From assembly GCA_023213395.1 (NCBI GenBank), contig CM041465.1:233375741-233439740 (forward strand): a DNA stretch of 64,000 bases, in the 5' to 3' direction. Both the position numbers and the translations under genes were made by a program. The stretch's first letter is position 1, and every line of letters starts with the position of its first letter. The DNA comes from Cycas panzhihuaensis. Its lineage: Eukaryota; Plantae; Cycadophyta. Below, piece after piece: positions 12,755 through 27,996 of this stretch. The notes under the pieces are model-generated. The model made no database searches. It was not told where the DNA came from and saw nothing but the letters and a program-made list of their open reading frames with translations.

Positions 12755-15741
12755 TATTAACACATGCTTTCACTTTCTCCTAGTAAATTATTAGTTATAC
12801 TCATATATGTTACTTTATCTTTATCTTCTCTATTTTCTTTATCTTCTCTTTATGACATGTAATAATTGTAATATATGTTATATACTATTTTATGTTCTTA
12901 TTCACCCTGATATAAGATGGTAGCTTATTATATGCTCCACCAGGGATTAAGATGTACCACTTTAATTATTTATCCATCATTAAGAGGTGGAGGTCTATTT
13001 CATGCTCCACTAACTGTTAGGATGCACCAACTTATGATTTTCTAATAAGTATTTTACTCATGATAGTCATGTTATAGAGTGTTGTATTTCATACTTACAC
13101 TTTAGTTAGTGTAAAATGTTATTTTATTATGGGTTAACTTAATACAAAATCCAACTATATTTCTTTAAAGGGGTGTATATATACAATGGAGCACATGATA
13201 TAAGTAAGGGATAAATATAAGTGTAGTTAAAGTTTTGGGTAGGAAACATGTATGATTTTAAAGTCCACAAGAATAGCATTTTCAAATGATGATAATCTCA
13301 TTTAAGAGATATAAATAGCAAGGGAAAGCTTCGCCAACTGAAAGAGTGAGTCTCTAGTTTTTCATCAACTGGTAAATCATTGAAAATGGAGTTCAGAGTG
13401 AGAAGATGCAAAGGTTTAAAGTGGTTATGCAAGATGAAATTATTAAGTGTTAATCATGGTTTGTAATTTCACAAATTTGCAAATGAAGAAATGAGTGAAA
13501 CAGGTTTATTATCTAACCCTAAAAATGTGAAATATGAGGAATTACAAAGCAACATTCTCATGGCCCTACAAGTGGGAGTGTAAGTAAATGCCCTTCATGC
13601 TCTTAATGTTGAAACTATGAAATGCAAGGAAATATAAAGGGAATCCCCTTGTGATTTCACAAGTGAGAAAATAAGAGCCTTTCAACACCACCATTATGAA
13701 ATTTAAGGAAAATACACAGAAATATACCCCACAAACCTACAAGTAAGCCTTTATGTATAAATTGATAAGTAGAAGAGTTACATGTTTTTGCTCATAAATA
13801 TCTCATTTAATACCAAATTTAAGTCAAACCACTCCCATATGGCTCATAGTAATGCCTTCTTAATGCCTAAACAAATAGAAAATGCCCAAAAATTCTCTAC
13901 AAAGGGATAAGTATGGAAATAGAGATAGTTGGTAATTAGTAGTTATGATAATAATAGAAAATATAAGCATTTGGAAAGCTACTATGTGCACCATCTAAAC
14001 CATTACAATAAAATTCTCCACTCACCTTTAATGGAATTTATGATAGAAATAAAATCATGTATGGAAGTAATATAGAAAGGAAAATGTGAAAGAGGAAGAC
14101 ACCTTCCATCACTTCACTTTTTATATTTGGCTTTATCCTTGGTGGGAAAGACTGTGAAACAAGGAGAGGTTATGATATGAGAGGAATTTGATGATATAAG
14201 AAGACTTTATGAGGGAGCAAAGCACAACTAGATAATTTGGATGAGCTCATACTGGGATCTCTATATAGAAATATAATGGTATGGTAAAACCAACCCATTA
14301 ATAGGAGTTTTAGTGTGTCATGTTGGTCAAAAGCTTGGGAGTACAATTTATTTTATAGAGAAACATTAAGAGAAGTGTCATTCTTTTGTGAATTACTTCT
14401 ATAGAAATTAAGGTAAGGGTCAGGGATTTCCCTTATTATTATTTAACTCTTAGACAAATATCTCTTAATTTTCATTGTTGTATCTTTTAGCTTGAAAGAG
14501 TAGTTATAGGGAATTTATCTTAAGAGAGGTTGAAGAGTCCTTTCTAGTTAGCTTATGTATGAGAATGGAGCCCCATACATGTACTTTATGCTTGAGAGAG
14601 GAAGAGGTTCCCCCCTAATTATTTCTATGCTACCTACATAAGGAAGGAATTATGAGTGGAGTGAGTCCACATGCCTAATTATGAGTGGAGTGAGTCCGTG
14701 TGCCTAGTTATGGGTGGAGAGAGTCCATATACCTATTGTAAGTGGTGTGAGACCACATGCCCGATTATGATTGGAGTGGGTCCATGTGCCCAATTATGCG
14801 TGGAATCATCCCATATGCTAATTATGAGTGGAGTGAGCCTATATGCCCATCGTGAGTGGTGTGAGATCACATGCCCAATTGTGAGTGGAGTGAGTCCATG
14901 TGCCTATTATAAGTGGTATGAGTCCATGTGTTCTATGAGATTGGAATGAACTTACTTCTTATTCATGATTGGCTACATGGTATGGGACATGAGGATGCTT
15001 AGTAAGGCAACTTATTGAGTATATTCTAGTAATAAACCATATCATTTATGGCATTTAATTTTTGTTTAGAAGGATGAAGAACATATGAAAGTATATGTTT
15101 TATAGTGGAAGACAAGTGTGTAACAATGCCTACTTACAGAATTTAGCATCCTAGTAAAGACTTTTGTGAAAGGATTAGTTTTGGGGATGTATGAAAAGTG
15201 ATTCATTAGTAGTCTAACTCATATCACATGTTCCAATTCGGTGGGAACCTTCCTCTTGCATTATGAATGGTTGGGAGGTAAATCCCTTAGTTGTAGTCTA
15301 GTTGGTTGGCACATTCTATTATTATCTATTTGTTATGTTGACTCTTTATTGATGTAATGGTATGCCCTCTTATTATCTTTCTCTCACTACTAATAGTAAG
15401 AAAGAATTTGGTTACAACTGATATAGTTCCCTTATGCTTTACATATGTTGATTATAAAGAGAGAATGATTGTTATGTTTATGATACTCTCCTTATGTTAT
15501 TATTCAAAGTAAAATATATTCATCAATGATGTGTAGGCACCTCAATTCACAGTTTGTCACTTCTATTAGGCATACTCTTCTATTGAATTTAAATAATAAT
15601 TGAGAATCCTTCACAAGCTCAAATTGAAAATTGAGAAGTGTTGACCTTTTGGGATGATACAGGGGAAAGAAAGTTTTATCTTTACCTTATATAGACCATG
15701 CATATATGAATTTATGTCTCATAGCAAGTTATGTCATGACA
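12755..15741. mobile_element. Probable LTR-derived insertion (non-coding) splitting the start of LINE ORF2
   Basis: Interrupts the LINE, ends in ...tgtcatgaca and contains a 29-bp tandem array of the kind common in gypsy LTRs. The left boundary and TSD are unresolved. Confidence 0.5.
14649..14932. repeat. ~29-bp minisatellite, about 10 diverged units
   Basis: Unit ttatgagtggagtgagtccacatgcctaa repeated head to tail. Confidence 0.88.
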
Positions 15742-17139
15742 AGTTGTTTACGAAAATAAGGACCTCATATTCCTCTAACATTTAAAGTAAGAGTTAATAC
15801 ACTCCAATTGTCCTTAAGCAATTAAATCGTTTATCCAACCAACTAAGTAAAGTCCAATTATGTTAAGAAATATCTTTAGGGGGAGAGTTTTATTTGAAAA
15901 TAAAAACCATATTAGGAAGTAAATATTAAGAAATCCTTTTCCTTTGAGCTCAAAGTCAACTCATTTGGAAAGAAAGTGACCCTAAGAAAATTTAGCCTAG
16001 TCTTCTAGTGACCACATTAGAGGATATAAGTTGTTGAATTTTCCAAATAAAAGTCTTGCTTAAAGGTTGATACATATGTCTTAAATATCATCATAAGAGA
16101 TGGTTATAATGCCTTATTTGAGATTAATTTCACTCAACAATTGTTATAAATTCTAATCACTTACTAGTCCTTAATTAAATAAAACCTATTGAGGATCTTG
16201 GGAAGAAGGAGCTTCTATACCAAAGAAGAAAAATTCTCAAATGGACTATAATAAATTATTTTTCTAGTTTATTGAGAGACTCATTTGAAATTGATTACAT
16301 TTTAGACTTTCTTGGAGTGGCTTAGACTCCTATATAGAATAAGGATAAAAGTTTTTCTTCCTATTATTCACTACAGTCATTGAAAAAGCCATCATATGGA
16401 AATTATTGGGCCTTTAAAAATAATAGAAACAATGCCTTACTATGAGAGCAGGGCTAAAGAAAATGATCTCCAATTGGAGTAATTTAATAAACAATAAAAA
16501 CTCTAAGATAATAACTAAAGAAAATGAGGCCCAGAGCCAAAGGATAACCTAAAATAACCATATGAAAGTAGCACAATGGAATATCCAATAGGAAGAGAGC
16601 ATGGGTAATAGAAGATAAAATTAATTAGAGAAGACCATTAATTATGACTAGGCAAGAATTAGCCCATGATGTCATTAAAATTAGTAGCAAGTAGAGAAAA
16701 GATAACCAACAACATGGCCTAAAATCATCATAATAAAAAAATAATTAGGAGAAAGTACTCTGCAACCTACTATCTACCACTTAATAATGACCCACGACTT
16801 GTCGAATAAACCACTAGATTATTAATCCAAGGCAAGGGTAAGATGATGACCATCACACCAATAGAACCCTAGCAAAGTGAAAAGTTGATACAAAATAGAC
16901 TCCCACTACCTTTCCTCTATCCATCCCTACATTTAGAATTATAGAATAAGTAAACATTCAATGGAGATCTAAATTTGAAGGATTAATCCATCATTAATAG
17001 TGAAAACTAGTTTCAAAGTAATAACATAAATCTCAAACCAAAATCATCTCTCATCAAGTTTTTACAATGCATAATACAAACATAAATACAACTCCAAAAA
17101 TAGAATCTAAATCTTAAAAATTGACACATATGAGGTAAG

Positions 17140-20100
17140 TGTTACAACCCTTAATGACTCACTATCTCACATAAATATTTAAAAATCTAATACTAATAAA
17201 ATATAAAAATTAAAAGGGTTCATAACCTAATATTATGAACCATAAATAAATATTAAATATTAACACCTTTGTACTCCCCCCCACCCCTTAATGTTTATTT
17301 CACTTTTCTTGATACCTAAACCATCCTTGAAAGTTGGAACTTAAACATAAAGGGATGGGAGAAAAGGCCATGCATACACATCCCTAAAATAGACTAGAAG
17401 GGTGAGGCATATCTAAACATGGAGGGGTATGAGTATACATCCCCTATGAGGTGCTCATGTATCTCTTATACGTAGGTGTGGGGGTGACAAGTTATTTTAT
17501 TTATTAAGTTATACTAAGGACAATACACAAGTGTGTGCAACATGCCAAAAGTAGGTGTATATAAAAGAGACAATGAAATAAAAATAAAACTAATTAATCA
17601 AAATAAAATATGTAATGAAAATAAACAAATAAGGCAACCATGAATCAACTAAGAATGTAAGCTAAAAATCAATTGAATACTTTAGGTTAAAATCAACTTA
17701 TCACATAACTAGCATCCTTGGGAAAACCAAATAATACACAAAAAGATCTTATAATGTGAGGGGGTAAATGGAGCATAAATGCCTAAAGTCCTATATGGAT
17801 ACATGCCTATCTTAATCAACTAATCCCTTCTAGGTTGATTGACCTAATTCTAACCTAGACTCTTACATGACCCAAAATGATGGACTTGATCTATAAGAAT
17901 ATGGGAAAGGACTACCTAGAGTGAGAGGTTTAAAGGAATTAATAATATAGAATAGATTCACTCATGAATAAGCTGATAGAAACTCTTCTATCAGTGATGG
18001 TGTCCATATAAGTACAAGGTAGATCGATAATACCTACATTTGATTCCAACAAACCTCAGGCTCTCAAGAGGTAAATAAGAAGAGGACACCACTCTCAATG
18101 GGACAAATTAAGTTTACTCAACTATATAAGCCTTATGCATAAGTATATGGTAAGGATAGGCACCCTTCACTAATCTATTTAGAACATGTATATGAAGGAC
18201 TCAATGCATCTAAAGGCATAAAACTAGGTCCCTTATCTAGTGATGAAATCCAAGTAGAGAAATGTCATTCTCCCCTTATTGGTACAAGAATGGCCTTTAT
18301 AGCCTATAAGAGGCTATGAGAAGGGTAAAAATAACATATAACTTAGTGCTATTAATATGCAACTTGCAACTTTTTATTAAATTCACATAACCAATAAACT
18401 ATAGAACAAACAAAGTTATAGGCCCCATAGATTTAAGAACTCATAATAAGTGTGACCCTCTTTCCCATCATGCCTTCAAAGAGACACATACCAAATTGAA
18501 AGTGCAAATACTATGTATAAGAAGAAGGAAAATTCTTTGTAAACTTCTTAATTTTTGTTTCTTTCAATAAACTCTTTTCTTTTAAAATAAAACCCTACAT
18601 ATGAGGTAAGGGAAGAGTAAGTAGCAATGAACAACCAACAAGCAGACAACTCTTTCCTAACCTTTTTCTTTTCAAAATAAAAAAGGAGTCATTTTTTAGC
18701 TTTTTATTATTTGAAAGTGAATCTACAAAGGGAAGGGTTTGAGGAATACCTAGAATAACATTCTAAATATCCAATTTTACCTCTTTTTTTAAGTAATTTC
18801 CTCCACAATTCTCTATATCACCAACATACATAAAATAAGGTTAGGCAAACATACATGTATAATTGATTTCTATGAAAAAATCGATAGCATTTATACTTAA
18901 CAGATTAAGCTATGATGGAAAAACATTTATGATTAAAATGTAATATGTTAGAAATCAATTTAAAGACCAGTTTATCATACTAACCTTGCATGGCCATTTG
19001 GCAAAATTTTGATAATGCAACAACTGTGTAACAAGCGCTTAACTTTAGTGGGGTAGGATGATGAAAGAAGGAGTAAGGAGGGGGCTCCTACAACTACTCT
19101 AAATACTCTCCAAGCTATACCTAAGTCTTTAAGGAAGGTCCTTTGCCTACACAGATTAGTTGGATATAAAACCATATAGCAAACAATATGGAAAATCTAC
19201 CAAACAAAAGTTGAAATGTCAATTTAAAATAGGAAAGAAAATGGTATGAAGAGGGGCCTAAAAAATGGGATGTTGACCACTCTTTTCTAAACCTAAATGA
19301 ATAATATTGGGCCTCCTTTTGTCTATAATACACTAACAATCAGAGGGAATGAAATATACAAAGATAAGAGGACTAAAACCAAGACAAATAACAAGCATAA
19401 AAAAGGGATAATTTAATGCCAAAAAGGAAGAAAACAAAGCCTTAAAAGAAGGATAAAAATCTTGATAATGTGGGGGGTGTTTCCTATGGTCTGAGTAAAT
19501 GAGAGATTTCAATGATAATCTACTCTAGCTAAATAGTACTCTAACAATGTTTAGTGTTCAAGCCTTAAGCCAAGAGTGGAAGCCAATAATCAAGTTTGAA
19601 TGAGCGCATGAAATATGATGAGAATTCGAAAGTATAATAACAACTCAAGCACTTAGAAAAATAACCTCCTTCTTTCCAATGAAAATGGAGGGAATAAATA
19701 AAGATGATTCAAGGCTTAGGTCCATGGGTTTAGGCCCATAGATTAGGGAAAACCATAAGCAGAAAGCCCATGCTTTTAGGGTCAAATCAATACAAGGGCA
19801 TATAATGGCCCATAGCTTTAATTCAAATCCATAGGTAGCTCATGGGTTTGGTAAAACCCATAGGTATGCTTATGTATTAGTGCAATAAATACACTATCAA
19901 ACACGGGTCTTAAAAAAAATTGAAGTCATGAAATTCGTACTATAAAATTTATTGTGTTACCATAGAGGACTTCATGGTACCACTAAGTTATATTTATTTA
20001 CATTTTTAAATATAAATTAGAACAGGATAATAGAAATCAAAGTGATATGGATAAAAATTAGAGCAGTATGAGCAATAATCGCAATGGGACAAATGAAAAA

Positions 20101-20185
20101 AGGGTAAAAATAGAATAATTTTTAAGAGCAAATAAATTAAAAATAAATGACATAAATAGGAAAGGATGAGATAGTGAATGTTACA
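17140..20185 (-). mobile_element. Probable ~3-kb 3' LTR of a Tat-type element
   Basis: On minus it starts TGTAACA (20185) just after the purine tract aaaaggggaaa (~20192-20202) and ends ...gggttgtaaca (17140). It lies downstream of the RNase H ORF. Confidence 0.55.
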
Positions 20186-20483
20186 GGGGTGTTTCCCCTT
20201 TTGGAAAGCCATAGCTAAGCCAATTGTATACATATTTATAAATATATTTAGGTCTATCTTGGAGCATTAGGTAGTTTACCCTCTTTCCAAAGTAACAATG
20301 GTAGTTTAGACTTTTACCAAAAGTAGGTCTATTAGTTTAGTATCATGAATTGAATTTTAAGCTTAGTGTTGTCAGCATAGTTTAGCCTCTTTAATGAGTG
20401 CCCCATAGAGGTAAAGTTAAGGAAGTTGGCCTATATGCTTGTATTTAATAATGGGCTTAGAATCACTAAGGAGAATCAACTTC

Positions 20484-20889
20484 TTATGGCAAGCAACACT
20501 CAAGAATAAAAATAACTATTTGGTCAATCTTTGTGTTGTGCCCCTCTGAGATGTGTTGAATTAATATTAAAGACAATTTGGATAAAAACGACATAGCTTT
20601 ATTAGTAAGAGCACATAATTAAGGGTAATAAACTTGATAGACCTAGGTGAGCTAGCAAACAACTAACTGGGAATCAAACAATGGCTAAATAGGGCTACAA
20701 TGGACTTGGAATACATCAATCAAAGCCTCAATACTAATAGTATACTTAGTTATATTATTAGTTGCTATGAAAAAATAGATCCTAGAGCAAAATCAAGACA
20801 TATCCTAATTGGTCTTGGATTATCTAGGTTATAATAGAAGGGTCAGGGTTCTCACAACTACCTCCATCGATGTGGACAATCAATGCCAT
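20484..20889 (-). pseudogene. Free-standing archaeal-type RNase H (aRH) remnant, copy 2
   Basis: MALIVHIDGGSCENPDPS...IIQDQ...IATNNITKY...IQHISEGHNTKID; homologous to 32916-33320. Confidence 0.8.
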
Positions 20890-21260
20890 GGGGAAATGTA
20901 ATAATAACTCAAAGACAAGTTAATGAATAAAGAGAAAAAAAGTCAAAATCAATTGATCTATTAGGTCCCAAGTTTTTATGATCACTTTAGCTATAATAGC
21001 AAGTTAAAAAATAGACCCCATAAGTAGCCCTATGTCACTATTGCAACAATTATTTATAGTTTATTTTGCCCTTCAAAATGTTAAGTAGATTTCAATCATG
21101 ATTGAATCGATGATGGACCCAAATAACCAAATTTAAAGGTTCAAAATAACCCACATAATTGGACCCAAACTATGAATTATAGGTAGGGATAAAGTCAATA
21201 TATAATTTACACTAGATGCCAAGAAGGTGGAAAGAGGTTTATTTATAAATTCATAACAAT

Positions 21261-21400
<140 letters not shown>

Positions 21401-21762
21401 ATTTAGCTATGTATGTATACAATTTTTTTTTTTCTTTTTTTACTTTTTCAATATAAAAAGGTGCTATAATGATGAGTGAACTCACGGATGACCAAGCTAA
21501 CTAGTATGTGATAACACTCTAATAAAGCAAGATGAGACTGGACCTGAGAACCAAGTCATAAAGGTTGAATTATTAAGAAAACGAAGGCAGTTTATATGAG
21601 TCATCTCTAAGCATTTTCTTATGGGACATAAGTGGAAAAAGGGGGGCTTTAGAAAGGCTATCATAACAAGTTAAGCCATCTGCTACAATAGAGATCAAGC
21701 AGGATTACTATTAGGAAGTATATTATAAGATGAAGATGTTGGAATCTTAGGCTATAGGTTAT

Positions 21763-23796
21763 TATTTCCCAGCTACCAGGAATGGATATGGACATGTCGA
21801 CTCAGGTAAGCATAGGTATGCTTCTTCCTTTTCACTTTTACTGTTTCTTTGGAAAGGTTGACAGAAGTATTGCCTCATTGCATGACTGCTTGCTTCATTT
21901 ATATGATCACTTTGCATCTGTTGTTTGATCATGCTGCTTATCGTATTGTGAGCCCATGACAACTAGTGGGACCTCCCTTTCTATAAGGCAGGCATCCCCA
22001 TGACACTCTACGACCCTTTGTGCTACCTCCACATCGCCTTAAGCCTCACTTGATTTGTATGACATATTCATACCTTGACCTTGTGTCCTTATCATGACGT
22101 TTCTGGGACCTCTAGCCTTTGATACTACTTTTGGCCTTGTTCACATACCTTCTAGACTGTCCCTAGCCACCTGGACAGAAGGGCCAGCCCCTCTCAGGCC
22201 TGCCACATCAGCTTTTAAGGCTCCTGGAACCCAGATTATTGCTATTCTTGCTTTTTGGTCCTGCATCGCTGTAAACTTAGCAGTACCGCGATGTGACTAT
22301 TGCAAGTTATTTTTTTAATCTGTCATGGCAATTCTCACCTTTTTCACAGAATTGCCACATTGCTTCACACCCAGCTCAGCTCTATTCACTTATTTAGGGT
22401 TGATATGGGTATAAAACCCAAAAACACCATCATTTTGGATCTCTTTGGCTCTCTAACTCAACTTTCTACTGCTGTAATTTCTACTCTTTCTTTCCACAGG
22501 TGCGTCTGCAGGCCTATATTTCTTACAGCTCTAGTCCAGGATCTGCCTGCAACAGCTCTTCTCTGTGGTGGGAAGCTCCTCTCCAAGTATTCTCAAGTAA
22601 GTTTAGTGTGGTTCTCTTACAAATATACCCCAGTAAGTGTCTCCTACGACCGCCCTTAAGGAAACCTCTTGTAAAACCCTACAGAAGCTCTTCTTCTTCG
22701 CTGGTTGCAGGGGAAAACCTTCCCTAGACTCATTGATGGGTACCTAATGTCACAGTTCTTGGTGCACCAAAAGCCACAGGGTGATTTGGGAAGAGGACTT
22801 CCTTGTGATAGTTAGCGTCCACGCTCAACACTCCCCCATCACAAGGAGTCGGTTGTACCTACACGGATTGGCATGTCTACCACGGCGTTCTTCGGCGGGA
22901 CACAACGCCTTCACGGATATCCGGGTGCACTACCGCGGTACACAAGACCGGATTTGAACCCTGGCTGCTCTAATACCACTTGTCACAGGTTGCCGTTGCA
23001 CCAAAAGCCCCAGGGTGATTTGGGAAGAGGACTTCCTTGTGATAGTTAGCGTCACGCGCTCCAACACCTAAGGTCCTATTTTCAGAATTTATTGCATATT
23101 ATTTTCATATTAGATTCATATTCAAGTGTGTCTTCTTGCTTTCTTCCCGTTTGGCTATAGTGAACATTGTTTTCCTTGAGTTTAGCCTTGTATCTTCATA
23201 TTTCCACCGTTTCTCCACTGGTTTTCCTCAAGAAAGTAGCAGGAGAAGGCTCACAAAGGTTGGGCGAAGGGAGTAAGGCAAGATTTGTCCCACTTAGGCC
23301 TACTCTCCAAGGCCAACCCCCTTTCCGCCTTTCTTCTCTTGCTCCCATGCTTTTCTTAGGTTAACTAGGAGAAGGTGGAACTTAGGCCTGCGCTAGATTA
23401 TTAGCATGTGCAGCCCTTACTGTGCTGATTCCAGAACTGCATGCCTCTTCTTTGGACCCCCATAGTGTCTCCAACATTGCTTGGCACCCTTTGAAGGTCT
23501 TGGGTAAGGTTTGTATGACGTATCGTTGTCCATAGTGACTCTGTTGCCTCGATACCTCCCCAACATCTTGCTACACATATTCTCATGTTTGTTGGCTATT
23601 ATAAGTTGTCATTTGTCCTTACCTTGCTATGCTAAAAGGCTGTGTGGAGAACCTTAGTGGAGGGTTTGGCCATCCTGAGGCTTCCCTTCCCTCTTTCTTG
23701 CTCGATATGTGTGTTTGCTTAAGGGGAATTGAAGTTATTTGCAACAGTAATTTCTCTAACTTAATATAATATTTTGACATATACATCGCATATACT

Positions 23797-23853
<57 letters not shown>

Positions 23854-24780
23854 CTCTTCTCGTAGCCCCTTCTTGGATGGGATAAGCTCTTGTATGTGCA
23901 GGTTGACGTGGCATTTTCACGAAGGGAAAAGGCGTCTGGATCCAGGTAAGCTTTACCCTCCTCTTTTCCTTTACTTTATTTGCTTCCTTTTTGTTCTGCT
24001 TTCTTTTCATAAGGGGAAGGTAAGGAAGCCCTCGTCCTTTGCATCGATCTTGATCACACATTCATCGGTTGACGAGAGGGCATGTGTTGTGCGTAGGTGA
24101 GGTCTTCCGTCAACTGCTACACCTCTCGGGTACGCACCATCTCTCTCTCTTCACCCCTTTATTTTCCTTTCTTGCTTTTATTTAAAATATATGCTCTAGT
24201 TTAATAGATCACGTGAAAGTGAAAGGTTAATGATATTGGTTACTTACATTTATGTGTCGTGTGCTTATCCCATATAGGAAAAGGACATAGTAGGAACCCC
24301 ATTCCTCTTCCTCTTCCTATCCATCTGAACATACCCTTAAATGCATTTCGTTTAGCTTTGTTTGCTTGCATGCATAATACCTATTCTTCTTTTCTCTTTT
24401 GCCTTTGAGCTACTAAAAGGAGAATGTAGTTTTAGCCCCTTTTCCACTCTCTCTCTTGGTTCTATTTTCCTAGGCCAAATAACCAAGGGAGACCTACTTA
24501 CATCATAGGCCTTCATTTACCTCATTCGCATTCATTTCCCCTCATCATAGGGAAACCCCTTGAGGATTCCTCCTCTTCCCTTCTGGCCATCCAAGGGTGG
24601 GAGGACCTTCCTCTTAAGACCATCCAGGCTACCCCCTGTACGCACTCTCTCTTCTAGATTGAGGGCCGCCTTAAGGTAGTTGGGTGCCATTCGTAGGTCC
24701 CAAACTCGCGCTCCGATGCATGGGGCACCCTGTGTGGTGTTCTCTTTGCTTGTTGGTTCTTGCCCACACCTTCAACATCA
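21763..24780 (+). mobile_element. Solo-like ~3-kb LTR related to the LTR at 47239-50435 (opposite orientation); hosts a TRIM and an internal (TA)n at ~23800-23852
   Basis: Its start tatttcccagctaccaggaatggatatggac...ctcaggtaagcataggta aligns with the reverse complement of 50435 downwards (tgtttcccggttgccgagaatggacatggatgacacctcaggtgagtgtaggta). The right end is uncertain (24745-24870). Confidence 0.72.
22748..23066 (-). mobile_element. TRIM (terminal-repeat retrotransposon in miniature), 319 bp, intact
   Basis: TG..CA direct repeats at 22748-22830 (83 bp) and 22981-23066 (86 bp). PBS TGGTATTAGAGC on minus (22978-22967), PPT TGGGGGAG on minus (22838-22831), and a perfect 5-bp TSD CCTAA (22743-22747, 23067-23071). 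Confidence 0.95.
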
Positions 24781-26079
24781 ACTGTTGACTATTATCATTC
24801 ATATTGAGCATAGTGACTATCCCATAGATGCGCATCCAGTTACAAATGTGGCTTACTCGTAAGGTGGTTGGTTGTATAAAAAAACTTTTAAAAGGTGGTT
24901 AGTATAAGGGTCCTATGAAGGTAAGTACATGATAGCAAGAGGTACTCACAAACTAATTATGCCATTGGAAAGGTATCACAACATGGAGACTTTTGACTAT
25001 AAACTCAACCATACATAAGAGGGGCTACCTTAGGGCTCCATTGAGCCAAGGTGCATAAAAGGGCCTAGGGATGCCTAGCAAAAAGAGGACTATGAGGCTT
25101 GGAATTTTGAATTCTATGTCTCGAGGGGGTCTCATAGACTATAAATACTAGTATAATAAGAGATAATTATCTCTAAGCAACATGTGGGTGAGGTTGAAGT
25201 CATTAATAGACCTATTAATTACATGAATTAATAACCATGGAGAGGTATTTTGGAACATAATGTAGAAAATTATTACTACAACATTAGTGGAATTAATTGT
25301 ATAGATGAAAATGTTATAAAATTAGGAGCCCAATAAAATAAATAAGATAAAAAATGGTTACCATAAAGCTAGTCTAAGGTTGTTATGAAAACAAGGTTTT
25401 GATGGGTTTCATTTTTCATTTTTATTTTCACAAGATAGAAAATTTTCTATAAATTAGTTTTATAAAAAAAAAAAAGCTTTCCAGATTTGTTGTAAATAAA
25501 TTAACCATTGGATTTTTGACAACTAGATCCATTATGTCTAAAATCTCAAGATGGATAGTTAGGCCTAATCTCTTGTATTTTTTGTAATTTTAATTTTTCT
25601 ATTTTTTTATGGTCATGCCCTATTTTTTAGATTTTGACTAAACAGGATTTAATTAAAGCCACATTTGAGGCTAGACTTGGGTAATTTGATACCCTAATCA
25701 TTTCTAATACACCAATTTTGGTGATTTTTTTGCCAAAATTTTATAATTTAGGGCCCATGAGATTTCTCACAGTACAAGGGTATGGCATATCACAGTACCA
25801 CAAAGAACATAATGGTATAATAAGAAATTTCAATGGTACCACCATAATCTTAGTGGTATACTATGTTTATAGTAGGATAGATAGGAATCATCATGGTACA
25901 GGCTATGGTGAATTATTTTCTAAAGGTTTTTAAATAAATTTGCCTAATTATAAAAGTTTAAGGACTATTTGTACTTCCATGGGTTTAGACATGGTGATTA
26001 TTTATTTATTTGACTTGTTTTAGTTCTTTTTTCAACCTATTACAATGATAGACAATCTTGAAAACATTGGGTCTTTGAT

Positions 26080-26460
26080 GTTGGTTCTCATAGCAATGGT
26101 GAATGATGGAAATAAGGATGTTTTATCACATTACAAATTGCTTAGAGTAGTGGCATCCCAACAGTATGTACTGGACTAGGCCTTACTGATAAATATTATG
26201 TCATATTGGGACCACCGTTAATAGGTTTCTTGCATACCTTTAGTAGGTAATGTGATGATTACTCCTTGAGATGTAAGGAGATTTTTATGAATCCCATGCA
26301 TGGGCTATTTCCTAAGTTAAGTACATTACCTAGCACAACAAAGGCCCATTAAGTAGTTGTCATATTCTTCTACAAGAAGGGCCGCTAGGATAGACATAGA
26401 AGGAGATTTCACAAGATAATAAGTTTAGGAGATTTACAAGTGCAGAAACTCATTATATAC
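26080..26460 (+). pseudogene. Plant mobile domain (PMD, aminotransferase-like) N-terminal remnant, copy 2
   Basis: 26168-26305 reads VLD*ALLINIMSYWDHR**VSCIPLVGNVMITP*DVRRFL*IPCMG, matching the PMD pattern D..LL.A..ERW....HTF.LP.GE.TITL.DV..IL.LP..G. Truncated at the microsatellite. Confidence 0.65.
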
Positions 26461-26475
26461 ACCATACTATTTAGA

Positions 26476-27996
<1,521 letters not shown>

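Larger units (their letters stand above)
9345..17100 (-). mobile_element. Decayed L1-type LINE (ORF2 EN-RT ~9415-12750, ORF2 start ~15768, probable ORF1 ~15770-17100), interrupted by a ~3-kb insertion
   Basis: RT motifs as in copy 1; endonuclease IIMIGDFN at ~12340-12365; GLG motif at ~12730-12745. An MRSLF-like ORF2 start resumes at 15768. The ORF1 assignment is positional only. Confidence 0.75.

Noticed and set aside
22946-22978. tRNA gene or tRNA-derived SINE
   Set aside because: Only the 3'-end and T-arm-like segment is present, positioned as the TRIM PBS; no full cloverleaf.
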